Source: Desulfurococcaceae archaeon
GTDB lineage: Archaea; Thermoproteota; Thermoprotei_A; Sulfolobales; Desulfurococcaceae
Length of the DNA stretch: 45,802 bases
Reading direction: 5' to 3'
NCBI GenBank assembly: GCA_038824035.1
Contig: JAWBBW010000011.1
Location: forward strand, 1-45,802
The notes beneath the pieces are model-generated. The model worked only from the letters and a program-made list of their open reading frames with translations, was not told the DNA's origin and did no database searches. Both the position numbers and the translations under genes were made by a program. Each line of letters begins with the position of its first letter. Position 1 is the first letter of the stretch. Of this stretch, positions 40,646-45,802 are shown piece by piece.

Positions 40646-41179
40646 ATGCAGATCCAGCTTCAAATGCATGTTTTACTGCCACATATGAGCTGGTTTTCAG
40701 CATTATCATTGGTGTTATTCGGTATAGTGATGATTTTCGCTGGGAGATTCATTGCGAAAATATTGGTGTCATTTGCAACTGGGATGATAGCCGGCCTAAT
40801 AGCGTTTGAAATAGCAAATATCCTGGGCATTGGTAGAATAGGCTCGTTGTTATCATTTCTCGTGTTTTTCCTGATCTTCGCGTTGATTGGTTGGCTATTT
40901 TTCAAGTTGGCGATTGCATTAGTGTTTGCCACGAATATGTGGTTGTTATTACAACCATTACTTGGTTACCAGGATATTTCACACCCGATCTCCATTATCA
41001 TGTTGATGTTATTGTTGATCTTGGGTTACATAGCGTCAGAGGTATTAATAGGGTTAACGGTTATAGTGGTGGGAGCGCTTTCATTATTCACGGGCTTATT
41101 AGTTTTAACGGGTCCACTGATCTCGCTGATCGTGACCTTGGCTGTGTTGATTCTAAGAGCTTATATTAAGTGGCGGTGA
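40646..41179 (+). CDS. Multi-pass membrane protein, unknown function
   Basis: About 6 hydrophobic helices; directly upstream of the DUF2070 gene. Confidence 0.7.
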   Translation: MQIQLQMHVLLPHMSWFSALSLVLFGIVMIFAGRFIAKILVSFATGMIAGLIAFEIANILGIGRIGSLLSFLVFFLIFALIGWLFFKLAIALVFATNMWLLLQPLLGYQDISHPISIIMLMLLLILGYIASEVLIGLTVIVVGALSLFTGLLVLTGPLISLIVTLAVLILRAYIKWR

Positions 41180-41183
41180 GTAC

Positions 41184-42845
41184 ATGGGTTTATATAGACC
41201 TAAGACCGTAGTCAGTAAATACTATGCCATATTGTTCTCACTCCCGGGATGGCGGATATTGGCAACTTTAATGTTGATCACAGCATTGACAATAATAATG
41301 TATATGGGTTATAAGGCGATACCCCTTCTCTTGAATTCCCTGTTAATAATCGCCGTGTTAAAGGGGTATTCCATTATATGGAGGAAAACCGTTTTCCATA
41401 AATTGAAAAGGATTGTTGGCCTGGCATTGGCAACCCTCGTGTACATGGCGGTGTTCACAGTGTTGACGAATAACATAGAAGTGGTGTTAGCGTCTTCCGC
41501 AACACTCACTATAACAGTGATACTTGGGCTTGACGGGACAAGTGCTTCAAGGTACTTGATCTCCATAATACCCCAGCTAGTGACCTTGTGTATCGCTGGC
41601 TTTCTCTTACATATTGATATGGATGTGGTCAAGGGGTTAGTAGCTCTCTTCATAGTGATTGTGCTCGACATGTTGATTTACCAAGTCATGTCTAGGCATA
41701 GGATAAATGGCTTTAGATCGCCAGACCTCGGCACGCTTTTTCTGAGGAATTGGCTCGATAAACATAAGGATATAGAGATGGTTTTCGAAAAACTCGGAGT
41801 AGATAGTAATATAGATTCGCGAATACTGGAAATGGGGGATTTATTAATAATATACACGGATCTACACTATGGGCCCTTCTCTAACACGGGGAGCAGTGAA
41901 TTGCCTGCTTTACTTGTCAACACATTTGGGAATCTAGGTTATAAGTTGATGACACTTCATGGATTTGGATCTCACGATAGGAATGTAGTCTCGTCCAGGC
42001 TCGTGGATGAATATATCAGGAAATTGTTGGATTCTGTGATCAGCAGTGATAAGTCAAGGATAAAATACCACGGCTCCTTCAAGGTAAGTGGTTTAAACGG
42101 GTGGGAAGCCCTCTCACTCGTCTTCGATAAGTCAACACTAGTGTTCGTATCGAGAACTGATAAGGGCATTGATGACTTACCATATGATCTCCAGGTCAAA
42201 TATGCCAGTATCAGTAAGAAAAGGGGATTAGGCGATTTATTGCTCATTGATTCACATAACTGGGAGAAAGAGGCTAAGCTAGATATAGAAAGCCTGGATG
42301 ATTTGTTGAGTAATGTAGTGAAACATGTTGAGAAGTATAAGAAAAGGCCTCCTGTAGACGTGTTGTTCAAGTATAGTTGTTTTAAAACAAAGGCAGCCGG
42401 CTTAATCAATGGGGATGTTTGCATAGTGATTATTGGTGGAGATGGCTATGAGAAAGTTGGCTTGGTCTACCTGAGGGGGAATAACATGAAACCGGGTGTG
42501 AGAGATATCATAGTGAACATTGTTCATAGATGCATGGAATTGGATTACGTAGAGGTGTTCACTAATGATGAGCACACGGAGACAGGTGTTAGGTCATTCA
42601 TCACATATATACCAGTGCATGATAGTCCAGATTTGTTGAGATCTATTGAAGACAAGTGTGCTGAATTGGCCAGTAGCGATCATAAGAGAGGTGCTTACTA
42701 CTACGGTGTCAGGACAAGCATGAAGTTGATGGGGCCTAGTGCGATCTGGATGGAGGAATTGCTTAAGAAATCATATAAAGAGGCGGCATTGCTCCTTGTC
42801 TCATATGTCTTCGCAACGCCTGTTTTTCTCAGCCTCGTACTCTAG
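41184..42845 (+). CDS. DUF2070-family membrane protein
   Basis: N-terminal TM helices; HYGPF...GSS.LP, HGFGSHD, DSHN, GNN and TNDEH motifs. Confidence 0.85.
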   Translation: MGLYRPKTVVSKYYAILFSLPGWRILATLMLITALTIIMYMGYKAIPLLLNSLLIIAVLKGYSIIWRKTVFHKLKRIVGLALATLVYMAVFTVLTNNIEVVLASSATLTITVILGLDGTSASRYLISIIPQLVTLCIAGFLLHIDMDVVKGLVALFIVIVLDMLIYQVMSRHRINGFRSPDLGTLFLRNWLDKHKDIEMVFEKLGVDSNIDSRILEMGDLLIIYTDLHYGPFSNTGSSELPALLVNTFGNLGYKLMTLHGFGSHDRNVVSSRLVDEYIRKLLDSVISSDKSRIKYHGSFKVSGLNGWEALSLVFDKSTLVFVSRTDKGIDDLPYDLQVKYASISKKRGLGDLLLIDSHNWEKEAKLDIESLDDLLSNVVKHVEKYKKRPPVDVLFKYSCFKTKAAGLINGDVCIVIIGGDGYEKVGLVYLRGNNMKPGVRDIIVNIVHRCMELDYVEVFTNDEHTETGVRSFITYIPVHDSPDLLRSIEDKCAELASSDHKRGAYYYGVRTSMKLMGPSAIWMEELLKKSYKEAALLLVSYVFATPVFLSLVL

Positions 42846-42903
42846 GCGTTTAAACCCCTTTTAAACCACGAGGTGTTATAAATCCCTAATAGGGTGGACG
42901 ATT

Positions 42904-43485
42904 TTGTCGGATAAATTGTCATTGAAAATTAGCTATAGAGTTGAGAACATAGTTGCCACTGTGATATTGGAGCATGAACTCGACTTAGAATTGATAGAAT
43001 CGCTTATCCCCAATATAACCTATAAACCAGAGCAGTTCCCAGGCTTGATATTCAGATTGGATAGGCCAAAGGCCACGGCCTTGATCTTCAAGTCGGGTAA
43101 AATGGTGGTGACAGGCACCAAGAGCACACAGCAATTAATAGAGGCGGTCAAAAAGATCATAAGGACGCTGGACAGGTATGGCATAAGGATAACTGGCCGG
43201 CCAAGAGTTCAGATCCAGAATATCGTTGCAGGGGGAGATATCCATGCATATGTGAATTTGGAAAAAGCCGCTTATCAACTAGAGGACAGCATGTACGAGC
43301 CCGAGCAATTCCCAGGCCTCATACATAGAATGAGGGATCCAAGGGTCGTTCTACTAATATTTAGTAGTGGCAAAATGGTTATAACAGGGGCCAAGGAGGA
43401 GGGAGAAGTGGAGAGGGCTGTCAAACAAGTAGCCAGGGCACTATGGGATGCGGGCTGTGTCATAGGTGTCAGAGAAGAGGAGTAA
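42904..43485 (+). CDS. tbp: TATA-box-binding protein
   Basis: Two direct repeats ENIVA...PEQFPGLI...LIFxSGKMVxTG and an acidic C-terminal tail. Confidence 0.98.
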   Translation: MSDKLSLKISYRVENIVATVILEHELDLELIESLIPNITYKPEQFPGLIFRLDRPKATALIFKSGKMVVTGTKSTQQLIEAVKKIIRTLDRYGIRITGRPRVQIQNIVAGGDIHAYVNLEKAAYQLEDSMYEPEQFPGLIHRMRDPRVVLLIFSSGKMVITGAKEEGEVERAVKQVARALWDAGCVIGVREEE

Positions 43486-43515
43486 AAATAATAACTCTCA
43501 ACAACACAATACAAT

Positions 43516-43584
43516 ACAGTGATGAAGCGGGCAGCCTCTTTGACCATGAACTGGAATGAAGAGCCTAATGCTCAATCTGATACT
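43516..43584 (+). ncRNA. Box C/D 2'-O-methylation guide sRNA
   Basis: C GUGAUGA (43519-43525), guide AGCGGGCAGCCUCU, D' UUGA, CCA/UGG mini-stem, C' AUGAAGA, guide GCCUAAUGCUCAAU, D CUGA (43577-43580). Confidence 0.82.
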
Positions 43585-43593
43585 CCTCGCTTT

Positions 43594-44028
43594 TTGACAG
43601 ATGGTCTAATCATAGTCATGGATTTAGATCGTTTTGGAGAATACGTTGAAACCAGGGGTATTGATCCCTATAAGCCTAACATAGTTAGCGGGGATTTAAC
43701 GAGATTAGTGGAGGACTTCGTGATCAAGCACAGAGGTGTGTTGATATATGGCCTGAGTTATGAGAGAGGGACAGAAGAGGTCATAATAGAGATACCCTAT
43801 GGGCATGAATGGGTCGATGATGTGATAAGAGACATTGTGGAGCTTAAGAGAAAAGTGGAGTCGCACGGTGTGACGATCAGCATAGTAGTGTTAAGGGATT
43901 TTGTACTAGCTATGCCAGCTAGGAATAGGAGAGAGGCTTATCATGGAACACCTGGTAGGAGAAGGGCATTTCACCTATTGACACGGTTGAAGAGAAAAAA
44001 ACAAGGTGGTTTATTGATAATGGTCTAG
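43594..44028 (+). CDS. Stand-alone GGDEF/class III nucleotidyl-cyclase-like palm-domain protein (putative)
   Basis: IIVMDLDRF, RGTEEVIIEI, VTISIVV and A..LL...KR follow the order of GGDEF/cyclase elements. The in-frame TTG at 43594 follows the sRNA. Confidence 0.6.
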   Translation: MTDGLIIVMDLDRFGEYVETRGIDPYKPNIVSGDLTRLVEDFVIKHRGVLIYGLSYERGTEEVIIEIPYGHEWVDDVIRDIVELKRKVESHGVTISIVVLRDFVLAMPARNRREAYHGTPGRRRAFHLLTRLKRKKQGGLLIMV

Positions 44029-45152
44029 TACTTTATAACCAATGTATCTATGAATCTTATCCTCTTGGGTATTGCTGGATGAGTTGAGAAGAACTCTGAT
44101 ACATCGCTTGTTTCCATTTTCTTCAATTCCTCCACCACCCTATCAATATCGATCCCCCTTGTGTCAAATGACCTTGGCGGTGTATAATGATAAAATGGGT
44201 TTGCAACAGCCTGTGTAAGGGCATAGATGAACAAAGCCTTGATCTTACTGTTAACGGCAATCTCTCTGGCCCAAGTATTTCTATTGTAATACACGTGTAG
44301 CCTCGCTAAGGCTCTTTGCATAGATCTTCTGCCAGCTAGCATCGCGCCCACTGAATCCGCGTAGTATTCCCTTAGCCTACTGAAAGCAAGCACTAGTATT
44401 TGGAGCAGGAAACTAATGGTAATGGCGATGACGCCTATCAACGCTATTAACGGTCCACCGCCACCTCGTCCCCTATCCCTCGATGATAACATGGCAGTAC
44501 TCATTAAGAGACCGACCCTTATCATGCTTATGCCTAGGAAGTAAAGTAGACTTGGCAATAACCCCATGAACAACATGATCGCGTTGTCACGATGTTTGTG
44601 ATGTCCGAGTTCATGCCCTATTATTGCTCTCAATTCGTCCTCTGTCGTTATATTTATTAGTTCTTGTGAAACGGCAACATATTTACCAGTCAAGAAATTG
44701 CCGTATGCAAATGCGTTGGGAGGCCCCCTGACCACGACTGCTTTAGGCGGTTTCGAGAAACCAAGAGATGTTGACAGATTATTCACGATTTCCTGTAACC
44801 TGGTATCAGGCCTGGCACCATATGCTATGTTTATCATCATGGGGGAGAACAGATATGAGATCATGTTGAGTATGACCACGAACACCAGTATTGCTGGTAA
44901 ATAGTTGATAAACCCCATGCCGAACATGCTTGCTAATATATAGGTTAATAATCCTATGCTGGCAAGCCCTGCTATCACAGTTATTGTTCCCAGTATGGCC
45001 ATGGATGCTTGTAACGTATACTTACCTGCAACTTTCCTTGCCACTCTGGGTGCTAATACACCAGCTGCTGTTGTCAATACTATGAAGCCGATGATATACG
45101 CTATTATAACCGAGATCATGGTTAACGGGTCGTAAAACCATATAATGGGCAT
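44025..45152 (-). CDS. htpX: Zinc metalloprotease HtpX (M48)
   Basis: PNAFA, HELGH, SRLREYYAD and STHP. Confidence 0.92.
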   Translation of the reverse strand: MPIIWFYDPLTMISVIIAYIIGFIVLTTAAGVLAPRVARKVAGKYTLQASMAILGTITVIAGLASIGLLTYILASMFGMGFINYLPAILVFVVILNMISYLFSPMMINIAYGARPDTRLQEIVNNLSTSLGFSKPPKAVVVRGPPNAFAYGNFLTGKYVAVSQELINITTEDELRAIIGHELGHHKHRDNAIMLFMGLLPSLLYFLGISMIRVGLLMSTAMLSSRDRGRGGGGPLIALIGVIAITISFLLQILVLAFSRLREYYADSVGAMLAGRRSMQRALARLHVYYNRNTWAREIAVNSKIKALFIYALTQAVANPFYHYTPPRSFDTRGIDIDRVVEELKKMETSDVSEFFSTHPAIPKRIRFIDTLVIKY

Positions 45153-45217
45153 TCTTTTGAAATCACCCCTTGCTGAGTATGTACTTGTTCACATTGTATA
45201 ACTTATTGAAGGGGTTA

Positions 45218-45802
45218 TTAAGTAAGTTGGCTTGCGATCAAGTCTTTTCTCCCTCGTCGCGCGCTTATGACAATGGCTAACATGATACTAGCAAGCGCTA
45301 TTAAGCCCGCTAGTATATACGCCAATGACCTGATCTCCCGTAACTGTGACAACATGGTTGGGGTCTCCACTTTGACTGATAATGGATTGCCCGTCTCACT
45401 GATGATCGATGCTGTGTTGTTAACTAATACACTGGCCGTTTCGTTAATCTCGGTGTTTATTTCCTTAGTGGCGGTGATGACGGGGTTGACGATGGATAGA
45501 GGTGTTGTGGTTTCATGGCTAATGATGTTCTCCGTAGTGTTTGTTGTCAATTGATATGTGGATATAGTTCTATCAACGACTGGGTTCTCCACGGTCATCA
45601 TTACTCGTGTCACTAGTTGACACTGAGCACTAGCTATGGAGATGGATAATGAATAGAGAGCTGTATCATAATCGTTGTTTGCAAACGCTTCTCTAGCCAT
45701 CTCCAGGTACAACGTGGATATGGGGTTAAAACTGTTGTTAAGATACGTGGTTAATAGATTTAGTTGACTTATGTATATATCCCCCTGTGGCATTGTCCTC
45801 AG
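45218..45802 (-). CDS. C-terminal part of a membrane-anchored extracellular protein (5' end beyond the window)
   Basis: Frame open to the window edge; helical region, Thr/Asn-rich linker with NxT sequons, C-terminal TM helix and basic tail. Confidence 0.7.
   Translation of the reverse strand: MRTMPQGDIYISQLNLLTTYLNNSFNPISTLYLEMAREAFANNDYDTALYSLSISIASAQCQLVTRVMMTVENPVVDRTISTYQLTTNTTENIISHETTTPLSIVNPVITATKEINTEINETASVLVNNTASIISETGNPLSVKVETPTMLSQLREIRSLAYILAGLIALASIMLAIVISARRGRKDLIASQLT

Noticed and set aside
43519-43593. N-terminal 25 codons of the 169-aa ORF
   Set aside because: The GTG start is box C of the C/D sRNA; the palm-like domain begins after TTG 43594.
1-45802. CRISPR arrays, tRNA/rRNA genes, IS elements, proviral genes, and the many antisense ORFs in the track
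   Set aside because: No periodic repeats, cloverleafs, or transposase/integrase motifs seen. The antisense ORFs lie wholly within well-supported genes.

Overview
Gene-dense (~40% GC) chromosomal segment of a hyperthermophilic crenarchaeon, most likely Desulfurococcales. This is inferred from TBP, an ATP-dependent ligase, a CC1-type chromatin protein and GGTGA-type ribosome-binding sites. Most of the window is housekeeping: archaeal asparagine synthetase A, SufS, ZPR1, PHI, ferritin, a CitG-like protein, a PadR + ABC/S-layer-like exporter, hom-ask-asd, an m5C RNA methyltransferase, an oxidative-stress/iron cluster, a 5-gene modified-pterin operon (mptA-mptE-mptD-dmrX-DHPS-like), UDG, an S16 protease, ligase, a GPN GTPase, TBP and HtpX. 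I saw no CRISPR array, tRNA, rRNA or transposase. Elements the ORF track misses: a 55-aa CC1 gene, two H/ACA guide RNAs, two box C/D guide RNAs (each hidden in a false N-terminal ORF extension) and a decayed oligopeptide-permease pseudogene. The best candidate for new biology is a stand-alone ~144-aa GGDEF/class III nucleotidyl-cyclase-like palm protein behind tbp and a C/D sRNA. All family calls and rRNA target sequences come from motif recognition and memory, not from database searches.
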